A DNA stretch of 64,000 bases from an uncultured Acidobacteriota bacterium (GTDB taxonomy: Bacteria; Actinomycetota; Acidimicrobiia; Spongiisociales; ZC4RG35), in the NCBI GenBank assembly GCA_963828465.1, contig CAWHEU010000009.1, forward strand, positions 9,318 to 73,317, in the 5' to 3' direction. A model generated the notes under the pieces. It worked only from the letters and a program-made list of their open reading frames with translations. It ran no database searches and was not told where the DNA came from. Position numbers and translations under genes: made by a program. Positions 40,670 through 49,913 of this stretch are shown here, in pieces; positions within the stretch are counted from its first letter, which is position 1, and each line of letters begins with the position of its first letter.

Positions 40670-40720
40670 CGAACCTGAGGCGGTTGGTTTCATATCCGGG
40701 TCGTGGAACCTCAGGTTCGC
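40670..40720 (-). repeat. 51-bp dispersed REP/MITE-like element, copy B
   Basis: Terminal inverted repeats CGAACCTGAGG...CCTCAGGTTCG; core CGACCCGGATATG shared with copy A. Confidence 0.8.
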
Positions 40721-40748
40721 ATTTGCGCGGACCTGGCAGACTTGCCGG

Positions 40749-42092
40749 GTGGCTTCCAGCGACAATCCGTATCGGGGGCTCCCACCGGTCGACCAGGTGG
40801 TCGACGGACTAGGGGAGACCGGTCTCCCCAGACCGCTCGTCGTCGACTGCGCCCGATCGGCGCTCGACCTTGCACGCGCCGAGATTGCCAGTGGCGGTGA
40901 GCCCGACGTGAGCCGCATCGCCGCCGACCTGGCGGCCGGGCTGAGGCGGTCGGCAAGCCAAAAGGTGATCAATGCCACCGGAGTGCTCCTCCACACCAAT
41001 CTCGGTCGAGCCCCTCTCTCGTCTGAAGCCGCCGAGTCCGCTCTGAAGGCGGCCATCTCCTACACCAATCTCGAGCTCGATCTCGACGACGGGGAACGCG
41101 GAGGTCGAGGGAGGTACCTACGTGCTCTCCTGCAGACACTCACCGGTGCCGAGGATGGTCTGGTCGTCAACAACAACGCTGCGGCGGTGCTGCTCGCCCT
41201 GGCCACCACTGCCTCGGGGCGGGCCGTCCCGGTGGCGAGAGGGGAGCTCATTGAAATCGGCGGATCGTTCCGGCTCCCCCTGGTGATGGAAGCGGGCGGC
41301 GCACGGCTCGTCGAGGTCGGGACCACCAATCGAACCCGGATTGGTGACTACGCCACCGCTCTCCAGATCCACGACTGCGGAGCGGTCTTGAAGGTGCATC
41401 CCTCCAACTTCCGAGTCGATGGATTCGTCGCTGATGTGCCTGTTCGAGATCTGGCCGAGCTCGCTCACGACCAAGACGTCCCCCTGATCCACGATCTCGG
41501 GTCTGGATTGCTCGACAGCGACACTCCGTGGCTCGGCACCAAGCCCCCCTGGTTGTCCGGAGAGCCGGGGGCCCGCCAGTCGATCGAGGCGGGAGCCGAT
41601 CTGGTCACCTTCAGCGGCGACAAGCTGGTCGGCGGGCCACAGGCAGGCATCATCGTTGGCTCCGCCGAGGCAGTTGACCAGCTCCGGCGCAATCCGCTCG
41701 CTCGGGCTTTGAGGATCGACGCCATGACCGATGCCGCCCTGGCCGTGACGCTCGAGGCCTACGCCAACGGCGAGGCGAATCGGATCCCGATATGGCAGAT
41801 GGCAACGCTCAGCGAGTCGGACCTCGCCGCCAGAGTGGACGCTCTGGCCGCACGGGTTGGAGGAGTAGCCCGGCCCGGAGAATCCGTCGTTGGGGCTGGC
41901 AGCCTCCCCGGAGTGGGCATCCCGACACCTCAGATCATCCTGAAGGATGAGGACCATCTCCACGGCCGTCTTATCGGGGCCAACCACCCGGTGCTGACCC
42001 GGAGAATGGAAAAGGATCTGATCCTCGACCTCCGAGCAGTGGCCGAGGAAGACGACGATGTGATCGCGGACATGGTGGCCGGTTGCCGCTGA
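40749..42092 (+). CDS. selA: L-seryl-tRNA(Sec) selenium transferase
   Basis: VINATGVLLHTNLGRAPL, VNNNAAAV, RGELIEIGGSFR, EVGTTNRT, FSGDKLVGGPQAG. Confidence 0.95.
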   Translation: MASSDNPYRGLPPVDQVVDGLGETGLPRPLVVDCARSALDLARAEIASGGEPDVSRIAADLAAGLRRSASQKVINATGVLLHTNLGRAPLSSEAAESALKAAISYTNLELDLDDGERGGRGRYLRALLQTLTGAEDGLVVNNNAAAVLLALATTASGRAVPVARGELIEIGGSFRLPLVMEAGGARLVEVGTTNRTRIGDYATALQIHDCGAVLKVHPSNFRVDGFVADVPVRDLAELAHDQDVPLIHDLGSGLLDSDTPWLGTKPPWLSGEPGARQSIEAGADLVTFSGDKLVGGPQAGIIVGSAEAVDQLRRNPLARALRIDAMTDAALAVTLEAYANGEANRIPIWQMATLSESDLAARVDALAARVGGVARPGESVVGAGSLPGVGIPTPQIILKDEDHLHGRLIGANHPVLTRRMEKDLILDLRAVAEEDDDVIADMVAGCR

Positions 42093-43838
42093 TCGGGACC
42101 GCGGGCCACGTCGACCACGGCAAGTCGACACTGGTCGAGGCGCTCACCGGACGTGACCCCGACCGCTGGGCCGAAGAGAAGGAACGCGGGCTGACCATCG
42201 ATCTCGGGTTCGCCTGGACCACACTCGGATCCGCGGGCGAGGTCTCGTTCGTCGACGTGCCCGGGCACGAGCGGTTCCTGAAGAACATGCTCGCCGGGAT
42301 TGAGGCCATCGACGTCGCACTGTTCGTCGTGGCCGCCGACGAGGGCTGGATGCCGCAATCCGAAGAGCATCTGGCCGTGCTCGATCTCCTTGGCATCGCT
42401 TCGGGAGTCATCGCCCTGACCAAGATCGACGCCGTCGACCCGGCGGTCGCCGCAGAAGTCGAGATCGAGATCGCGCGGGAGTTGGTGGGCACCACGCTGG
42501 AAAGGGCACCGATCATCCCGGTATCGGCCAGAACGGGTGCGGGTATGGATCGGCTGCGGGAGGAGCTTGCGGCGCGTGTGGCCGATATCCAGCATGGTGG
42601 TGACCGGCCGCGGCTGTGGGTCGACCGGGCTTTCTCGGTTCGAGGCGCCGGCACCGTGGTGACGGGGACTTTGACCGAGGGCCCGCTGAAGATCGGGGAA
42701 CATCTCGAGTTGCTGCCAGGCGGCAAACGGGGCCGGATTCGGGGCATGCAGAGCCATGAGAGTGAGATCGAGACGGCCGAACCGGGGCGACGGCTTGCCT
42801 TGAACCTGACAGGAATGGATCGTGAGGAAGCCTCTCGTGGAACGATGCTGGGCCTGCCCGGTCATTGGGAGCCGTCAGCTCGATTCACCGCATTGTTGAC
42901 AGCAGCCCGATACATCGATGCTCTCTCCACCCGAGGAGCTTTCCATATCCATCTGGGCAGCGGCGCCCATCCCGCAACGATCAAACGGCTGGAGAACGGG
43001 TATGCCTTGTTCGAGGTTCCCGTGGCCCTGCCGATGAGAACCGGCGATCGCTTCATCCTGAGGGAAGCCGGACGTCGTCAGGTGGTCGCCGGCGGCGCGG
43101 TGATCGATCCGGCCCCCGGGTCACCTTCCCGGGCGATGGCGACGGCACGGCTCATCGACCCATTTGCCGGGAGGGATGATGTCGCAACCGCGCTCCTGGG
43201 GGTTCGCGGAATGGACGAAATCCAACGTCTTGCCGCACACAGTGGTGGAGGGCACCCGCAGGGATCGGTTCTGGTCGGCGACACCGCTCTTACCCACGAA
43301 CGCTTCGATGAGCTCCGGTCTCGGGCGGAGGCGATCGTCACCGAGCATCACGAGCAGCATCCGCTCCGGCCAGGGATTCCGTTGGCGACACTTTCGGCAA
43401 CTCTCGGCACGTCGCCTGAGTTGACTGAGCTCCTTGTCGAGCGGAGCGATCAGATCGTTCGCAGTGGCCCGGATGTTTCGACCCGACGAGCATCGTTCGA
43501 GCTTGGACCCGGATTCACAACTCAAGTGGGAGAAAGCTCGTGCCAGGTTGGCAGAGAGCTTGGCGGTGCCTGACGCCGACGAACTGGGTCTGGGCGACGA
43601 GCTGATCCATTTGTTGATCAGGGAGACCGGGCTGGTCCGTATCTCCGACACCCTCGTCTATCTGCCCGAGCAGATCGACGAGATCAAGCGAATGCTGGGT
43701 GAGATGACAGAGCCATTCACTGTGGCCCGCTTCCGCGACCACACCGGGCTGTCACGGAAGTACGTGGTGCCCATCCTCGAGTGGGCGGATAGAGAAGGGC
43801 TCACCATCCGGCGGGGCGATGTGCGCCACCTTCGGTGA
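42083..43838 (+). CDS. selB: Selenocysteine-specific elongation factor, apparent extra base at ~43483
   Basis: GTAGHVDHGKS, EEKERGLTIDLGF, DVPGHERF; C-terminal winged helix GLSRKYVVPILE..D...RRGDVR in ORF 43434-43838. Confidence 0.93.
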
Positions 43839-43860
43839 GCCCTGACTCCGGTGCCGGTGG

Positions 43861-44100
43861 TCATCCAACCAGCGGCATGCTCCTTCTCTCTACTTCGGTA
43901 AAACCTCCCCAGATACCAAACGGTTCCCGGATCTGGAGGGCGTGTGTGGTGCAGGGGACCCGCACCGGACATACCCCGCAAATCGCTTTCGCCTTCATCT
44001 CTCTGCGCTCCCGCTCGTCTTTGCGCTCGAACGTCGAGGGCGGAAAGAAGAGGTAGGCATGACTCCCTCTGCAGAGGGCGTCGAGCTGCCAATCGTCCAT
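43861..44100 (-). CDS. WhiB-family Fe-S transcription factor (WhiB3/WhiD-like)
   Basis: WQLDALC, FFPP, RE.KAKAICGVCPVRVPC, EPFGIWGG.TE.ER; GGAGG RBS. Confidence 0.88.
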   Translation of the reverse strand: MDDWQLDALCRGSHAYLFFPPSTFERKDERERREMKAKAICGVCPVRVPCTTHALQIREPFGIWGGFTEVERRSMPLVG

Positions 44101-44143
44101 GCCCGACAAACGGACTCCTCCCTGTCTAGCGACAACCGGCGCG

Positions 44144-44172
44144 AACCTACACATGGCAATGCCCGGCGGCAA
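44144..44172 (-). promoter_or_regulatory. Sigma-A-type promoter of whiB gene
   Basis: Minus strand TTGCCG-N17-TAGGTT with T-rich tract upstream. Confidence 0.5.
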
Positions 44173-44189
44173 GGAAGAAAATGGGGATT

Positions 44190-45407
44190 TCAAGAATCAG
44201 TTTTCGCGGGGTCGGTGGCCGGCTCGACTTCCAGGAACATCCCATCGACGCCGGAGACCAGTATCTCGGACCCGGCGGTGAGCCCGGCCTCACGGTGGGC
44301 GGTCGCCCGCCACCGTGCACCTTTGACCTCGACGATGCCATCAGGGTCGAACCCGCCGACCGCGATTCCCCTCTCCCCGATGAGACCGTCTCGTCCGATC
44401 GTCCTGGTCGAGAATCTCGCTCGTTGCACGGTGGGCATAGCCAGCAGGAAGAAAAAGAGGGCTGCAAGCACCGAGGGCAAGACCAGATACCAACGGGGAT
44501 CGATCTGACCCGACCCGTCGACGTAGAACGAGCCGGCCACCTGGAGCATCACCGCTCCGACGATGGTGAGGACGAGGACTCCGCCCTTTTGATAGGCGGC
44601 GGTGAGCAACGCCCAGCCGAGCACTGCGAGTGCCAAAGCCCACCATTTGATGGGGAGAGTGACGATTCCCCAGCCGGCAAGTAGGAGGGATATGGCGGCC
44701 ACACCGGCGGCGACGCCGGGACCGATGGCGAAGAACTCGAAGGAGGCGATGGTGAGACCGACCACCAGGAAGAAGAATGCCGCCTCTGGAGTGGCGGCGA
44801 GACGCCAGAAACGGGTGGCCAGTCCTGGTTGACGGAACGTGACCTCCCGGAGGGTGACCCCGTCTTCGAATGGCTTCAGTGTTTCGACAGTGACCGGGCC
44901 GTCGGCGGTTTGGAAGGTCACCCCGTCGAGGTCCTGGAGATACTGGCGGATCGAGGGCTGGAGATCGAGCCCGGACTCCTCGGCCGTAATCGGTTGACCG
45001 GCTGTTGTCACTTCGCCACCTGCAACCGTGGGATCGAACAGGCCCAACTGTGACCCTGGTGACATCGCCCGCTGCTCTGATTCCCAGACCAGCCTCGCCG
45101 CTCCACCGTTAGCCACCGCGGGAGCCGGGCCTACCCAGATCGCCACCGGCAGGGGAGGGCTCTCCACGGTTTCCTCGAGCGCCTCCAAGGCCGCGGCGTC
45201 AAGAACTGCCCTGGAGTTGATCTGGAGGACCGCCATCACCTGATCATTGACCGCCGCCTCGTCGATCGAGATACGCATGAAATCGAGGGCCGAGGCGTCG
45301 AGCGGGCCGCTGACATCGATGACGTCGATGCCGGGCTCCCCATCGCCGTCACTGGAACATGCGACGACGACCAGGAACAGGCCAGCAACAAGGAAGGTGC
45401 GACGCAC
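44190..45407 (-). CDS. NfeD-family membrane protein (degenerate ClpP-like domain, TMs, C-terminal OB fold)
   Basis: Lipobox VVAC, PLPVAIWVGP, AMSPGSQLG, C-terminal G.G......P.G.V.V.GARWRA. Confidence 0.8.
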   Translation of the reverse strand: MRRTFLVAGLFLVVVACSSDGDGEPGIDVIDVSGPLDASALDFMRISIDEAAVNDQVMAVLQINSRAVLDAAALEALEETVESPPLPVAIWVGPAPAVANGGAARLVWESEQRAMSPGSQLGLFDPTVAGGEVTTAGQPITAEESGLDLQPSIRQYLQDLDGVTFQTADGPVTVETLKPFEDGVTLREVTFRQPGLATRFWRLAATPEAAFFFLVVGLTIASFEFFAIGPGVAAGVAAISLLLAGWGIVTLPIKWWALALAVLGWALLTAAYQKGGVLVLTIVGAVMLQVAGSFYVDGSGQIDPRWYLVLPSVLAALFFFLLAMPTVQRARFSTRTIGRDGLIGERGIAVGGFDPDGIVEVKGARWRATAHREAGLTAGSEILVSGVDGMFLEVEPATDPAKTDS

Positions 45408-45475
45408 GTTTCGGGAGGTTAGGAGAGGTTCTGCGGCAAGAAGCCGGGGTCGACCACGTCACTAACGTGCGACCC

Positions 45476-45838
45476 ATGCCCCTGGCCCTCGTGATCGCAG
45501 ACGCCGAATGGGTGGTCAATGACATCCTCGCCTCGCTCCCCTGGGGCGACTGGGAGGTCGACGTGCTCGATGACCCCGTTCAATCCGGGGCCAAGGTCGC
45601 CGAGACCGTCCCAGACGTGGTTGTCGTCGATCTCCAGGTCAGGAACATGGGTGGCATGGCCGTTGTCCGGGATATCAAGGCATCGATGGAAGGCGAAGAA
45701 CTTCCCCGGCTCGTAATCCTTCTCGATCGAGAGGTAGACGGATTCCTGGCCAAGCGAGCCGGCGCCGACGCATGGGTCGTCAAGCCTTTCTCCACCCACG
45801 AACTCCGTGTCGCACTCGGTGCCACAACGCCGGTCTAA
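45476..45838 (+). CDS. Single-domain response regulator receiver
   Basis: PDVVVVDLQVRNMGG, LLDRE.D, GADAWVVKPF; -10 TAACGT 7 nt before ATG. Confidence 0.82.
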   Translation: MPLALVIADAEWVVNDILASLPWGDWEVDVLDDPVQSGAKVAETVPDVVVVDLQVRNMGGMAVVRDIKASMEGEELPRLVILLDREVDGFLAKRAGADAWVVKPFSTHELRVALGATTPV

Positions 45839-45958
45839 GTCAATTCCTGTTTGACGTTGGCCCGCCAATGAGCCTCGGGTAGGAAGGATTGGCCAGGGAT
45901 CGTCGAGGCAAGCCACACCTCGGTCAGATCGTGACATCAGCTGGATCCAGGGCCCGAA

Positions 45959-46751
45959 TCACCTGGCGAGTACCTGCTCATCGACGAACAACCTGATCTC
46001 CTCGGCCAAATTGGCTCCCGACGCCAGCGCGGGGTCGTTGTGATCGAGGCCCTCCATCTCCACCAGTCGCTTGGGTTGGTTCGCAGCCTCGAAGACGTTC
46101 AGGCTGAGCCGTGGCGGCACGATGGAGTCAGCAGCGCCGAGAATCACGAGGAGCGGCACATCCAACTCTGCCATCGTCTTCTCGACCTCGTACCTGTCTC
46201 GCAAGAGGACTGTCGGGACGATTCGATAGTGGGTGCGTGCCATATCGGAAAGAGAGGTGAACGGAGAGCGCAGCACCAGAGCATCAGGCGCGACCTCGGC
46301 CGCCAGCAGAGTGGCAACCCCTGCACCGAGGGATTCCCCGAAGTACACCACCGGCAGGTCGGTGTCGAACGCCGGTCCCGCCACGGACCTGGCATCCTCG
46401 AGCAGGCCTTCTTCGCTCGGGCGTCCCATCGTGTCGCCGTATCCCCGATAGTCGAAGAGCATTACTTCCATCCCCTCCGCGGCCAGACTGTCGGCAAGGG
46501 GGAGACGATGGCTCTTGTTGCCGGCGTTGCCGTTGAATACCACCAACCGGGCCGCCGCTTCACCTTTCGCCGGGACGAGCCACAGTTCGTGAACGATCCC
46601 GTCCGACGTCTCGACCGCGCTCACCGTGACCCCTGTGGTGAGCTGACGCCGGGCTCTGATCGGGCAGATAGATCAGCTGCCGCTGGAACAGCCACAGCGC
46701 CGCCATCAGGAGGATCCAGATGCCGGCGATTCCGGCCAACGCCCTGATCAT
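45959..46751 (-). CDS. Alpha/beta hydrolase (ABHD13/Bem46-like), apparent frameshift at ~46640
   Basis: LFQRQLIYLPD N-terminus in another frame; GNAGN, DYRGYG, GESLG, HND. Confidence 0.82.
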
Positions 46752-46831
46752 GCTTCGACTCTGCACACCGCTCCCAAGCATCGTCGGCTAATCACCCCGA
46801 TGCACCGCCGTGGGGCTGCGAACCTGGGAGC

Positions 46832-47444
46832 ATGGATGCCCCGGAGCTGATTGCAGTCAGGGCAGCCCTGGCGGGGGGCGCCGAGCCGAGCACGGTTGTG
46901 CTGGTCGAAGGTGCCAGCGACCAGGCAGCCCTAGCGACTCTTGCGGGACGCTATGGCCGGGACCTAACAGCGGAAGGAGTCGCCATCGTCCCGATGGGAG
47001 GAGCGACGACCATCGGACATTTCCTCGCCCTGCTCGGCCCAAATGGCCACGACTATCGACTTGCCGGGCTCTGTGACGCCGGCGAAGAGGGCGACTTCAG
47101 GCGCGGGCTGGAGCGGGCGGGCATGGGCATCCACCGCGACTCGCGACGATCTGGAGTCCGTCGGGTTCTTCGTCTGCGTCGCAGACCTCGAGGACGAGCT
47201 GATTCGTGCCCTGGGGCCTGATGTCGTCGTGGAGATCATCGACGCCCAAGGCGAGCTCGGGTCCTTCCGCATCCTGCAGCGACAGCCGTTCCACCGTGAC
47301 CGCACGATCGAACAGGTCCTGTGGCGGTTCATGGGCACCCGATCCGGGCGCAAGTCCACCTATGCCCGCCTGCTCGTCGAAGCTCTCGACCTGGATCGCG
47401 TCCCGCCACCGCTGGACGGTCTCCTTGAGTACGTAAAGCCCTAG
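46832..47444 (+). CDS. Stand-alone OLD-family TOPRIM domain protein, apparent frameshift at ~47128
   Basis: VLVEGASD, IVPMGG, GLCDAGE, then FFVCVADLEDELIRALG and RSGRK..YA in shifted frame. Confidence 0.75.
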
Positions 47445-48301
47445 AGGATCCTGTTGATCTCGAGTGTCAGATGGATCAGCCCGGCGATAGCAGCAGCTGC
47501 AGCCAGCCCGCCACCGAGCCGCCGTTGAACGAGGCTCGGCTCGGTCTTCCCCCGAATCCGGTCGATCCACCACCAGATGGTCACCAGCGCCGTGGCAGAA
47601 ACGAAGACGCCGGTCCAGATCGGTGGGTAGGCACGCTCGTCGAAGCCCGGCATGAACTGAAGGAGCAGTCCGAGCGGGACGAAGAGCAACCCCACCGCGG
47701 TGACCAACCCATAGGCAACCACCGGCCCCGCCCGATCCGCTCGAGGGAGCCTCCTATCGAGAAAGCGGTCGAGGGCTGACAGGGCCGCACCAAAAGCGAA
47801 CACGAGCGCCAACAGCAAGACGATGTCAAGAGCCGGCCCTTCGAGAATATCGAAATCTCTGTTGTCCGAGGAAACCAACTGGAATCCGCCGATGGCAACT
47901 GCCCCGAGGCCGACGACCGCCCATCTCGGGGGAATCCACGGTTTCATCACCACCCACACCGGAGCCGCAAACAGCCCACTGGCGATGCCGCCGAACAACA
48001 CGAGGCCGACAGTCCCTTCGACGGTGAACACTCCGACCTCGTTGCCGTTCTCGGTAAAGCGCCCGATCGCCTCGGGGTGGAGCAGGCGACTGATGAACAT
48101 GACCAGCCGACCGCCAAGCCCGAGGACCAGAGTCCCTGAGATCAGACTGGCAATTCCACCAACTGAGATGTCTCGAAGGATTTGTGGCCCGACGTCCCGG
48201 ATTCCGCGGCGAGAGACCACAACTGCCTGTGTGTCATTTGGGCCGTTGTCGGGATGGACTTCGGCCATCACCAACACCCGAGTGAACGCGACATACTCCA
48301 C
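47441..48301 (-). CDS. Hypothetical multi-pass membrane protein
   Basis: GLGGRLVM, TENG.EVG.FTVEGT, about 7 TMs; start may be ATG 48268. Confidence 0.7.
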   Translation of the reverse strand: MEYVAFTRVLVMAEVHPDNGPNDTQAVVVSRRGIRDVGPQILRDISVGGIASLISGTLVLGLGGRLVMFISRLLHPEAIGRFTENGNEVGVFTVEGTVGLVLFGGIASGLFAAPVWVVMKPWIPPRWAVVGLGAVAIGGFQLVSSDNRDFDILEGPALDIVLLLALVFAFGAALSALDRFLDRRLPRADRAGPVVAYGLVTAVGLLFVPLGLLLQFMPGFDERAYPPIWTGVFVSATALVTIWWWIDRIRGKTEPSLVQRRLGGGLAAAAAIAGLIHLTLEINRIL

Positions 48302-48340
48302 AAGCTATTCGCCTGGGTCTGCGGCGATCCCTATCCACGA

Positions 48341-48369
48341 ATCAGGGCCGTCCTCGCGAACGGCCCTGA
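48341..48369 (-). terminator. Hairpin downstream of tRNA-Pro
   Basis: TCAGGGCCGT...ACGGCCCTGA inverted repeat. Confidence 0.55.
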
Positions 48370-48384
48370 CCTGGGGTTTCTGAG

Positions 48385-48458
48385 TCGGGACGGCGGGATT
48401 CGAACCCACGACCTCAGCGTCCCGAACGCTGCGCGCTACCAAGCTGCGCCACGTCCCG
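48385..48458 (-). tRNA. tRNA-Pro (anticodon CGG), CCA not encoded
   Basis: CGGGACG/CGTCCCG acceptor stem, D loop TGGTA, anticodon arm CAGCG-TTCGGGA-CGCTG, GGTTCGAATCC T-loop. Confidence 0.96.
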
Positions 48459-48579
48459 ATTGATGGTCCGATGGTAGGCGAGGCACGGATCCAACCCCAT
48501 TTCGTTTGACGAAGAACTGCTTCCCTCCGGGTAAACCCCGGATACTCTTATCCTGCTGGTGCAGACAGGTCAGGGGAGG

Positions 48580-48906
48580 ATGATGACTGCTTACGATGCG
48601 CGGCTCCGACTGGATGGAACCGACGAAGCCCCGATCAGCGTGCTGATCGATCTAACCGACGATCGGCTATCCATGATGGCTGGGGAGATCGAGGTCGGAG
48701 ACTGGGCACGGGATGAGATCCGTGTCTCTGCGATGCCCGATGGGTTCCATGTGCGAGCGGAGGGTGAGGAGATCATCCTCGATGTCACCGATGACGCCCG
48801 CTTCGCCCTCGACCTCGGGTTACGTAATGCCCCGCCCCTGTTGCGGCGTCGCATGTCTGCATTGCTCAGGAACGACGGCCCGGCCGCGGAACCGCCTCAG
48901 AACTAA
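48580..48906 (+). CDS. Hypothetical small beta-rich (PH-like?) protein
   Basis: GGGAGG RBS; EVGDW...I......GF.VRAEGE pattern; GC3-rich. Confidence 0.6.
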   Translation: MMTAYDARLRLDGTDEAPISVLIDLTDDRLSMMAGEIEVGDWARDEIRVSAMPDGFHVRAEGEEIILDVTDDARFALDLGLRNAPPLLRRRMSALLRNDGPAAEPPQN

Positions 48907-49913
48907 AGCAATTCGGCGATCTGGACCGCGTTGAGGGCCGCGCCCTTGCGCAGATTGTCGCCGACCACCCAAAGATTGATGCCACCCGGGTGACCCACAG
49001 TCGGGCGTATCCGACCCACCAGCACATCGTCGATCCCGGCCGAGTCGAGCGGGGTTGGCACCTCGTCGGTCCAAACCTGGACGCCAGGCGCTGCCTCCAG
49101 GATCTCGGTCGCCTCGTCCGGCTCGATCGGCCGTTCGAAGCGGAGTGAAGCAACAACACCATGGCCCACGAGCACCGGCACACGGACACAGGTTGGCTCG
49201 ACGTGGAGGCCGGGAAGGTCGAGGATCTTCCTCGACTCGTTCACCAGCTTCCACTCCTCGTCGGTGTACCCCTGCTCGGTCACCGATCCGGCCAACGGGA
49301 GGACATTGAATCCAATCGGTCTGGTGTAGAGCGACGGTCGGGGATCCGCCCACCCGCCGGTCATCAAGCCGTCGAGGTCGGGACGAAGGAGGTCGGTCTG
49401 CTCAATCAGCTCCACAACGCCCTGCTGGCCGGAGCCAGATACTGACTGGTAGGAGGTGGCCACCATGCTGCGAAGACCGGCGGCCCTGTGGAGCGGGCCC
49501 GCCGCCATCATCAGGGTCATGGTGGTGCAGTTCGGGTTGGCGATGATCCCGCGGTGAGCCCCGACCGCGGCATCGTTGACTCCAGTCACGATGAGGGGGA
49601 CGCTGGGGTCCATCCGGAAGGCCGAGGAGTTGTCGATCACCACGGCACCTGCATCTGCAAATCGTGGTGCGTGGGCCCGGGAGCGATCACCACCGGCCGA
49701 GAACAGGGCAATGTCGACTCCGGACGGGTCGGCCAAGCTGAGATCCTCTACCTCGACCTCGCCCCATCTCGTCTCGATGACCGAACCAGCGGACCGCTCC
49801 GACGCCAGAAGACGCAACGACCCCAGAGCGAAGTCCCTCGACTCGAGAATCGCCCTCATGGTGCGGCCAACGGCGCCCGTCGCCCCGACCACCGCGACGA
49901 CTCTGTCGCTCAC
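48903..49913 (-). CDS. asd: Aspartate-semialdehyde dehydrogenase
   Basis: [53 protein letters not shown]. Confidence 0.96.
   Translation of the reverse strand: MSDRVVAVVGATGAVGRTMRAILESRDFALGSLRLLASERSAGSVIETRWGEVEVEDLSLADPSGVDIALFSAGGDRSRAHAPRFADAGAVVIDNSSAFRMDPSVPLIVTGVNDAAVGAHRGIIANPNCTTMTLMMAAGPLHRAAGLRSMVATSYQSVSGSGQQGVVELIEQTDLLRPDLDGLMTGGWADPRPSLYTRPIGFNVLPLAGSVTEQGYTDEEWKLVNESRKILDLPGLHVEPTCVRVPVLVGHGVVASLRFERPIEPDEATEILEAAPGVQVWTDEVPTPLDSAGIDDVLVGRIRPTVGHPGGINLWVVGDNLRKGAALNAVQIAELL

Noticed and set aside
40600-40718. LexA SOS boxes upstream of selA
   Set aside because: Spacing is GAAC-N5-GTTC rather than N4, and the sites are parts of the longer 51-bp repeat
40569-40748. tRNA-Sec (selC) next to selA
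   Set aside because: No TCA anticodon loop, T-loop or cloverleaf found here or in other intergenic regions examined
45839-48458. Integrative element or prophage at tRNA-Pro
   Set aside because: No integrase, no duplicated tRNA 3' end and no evident compositional shift
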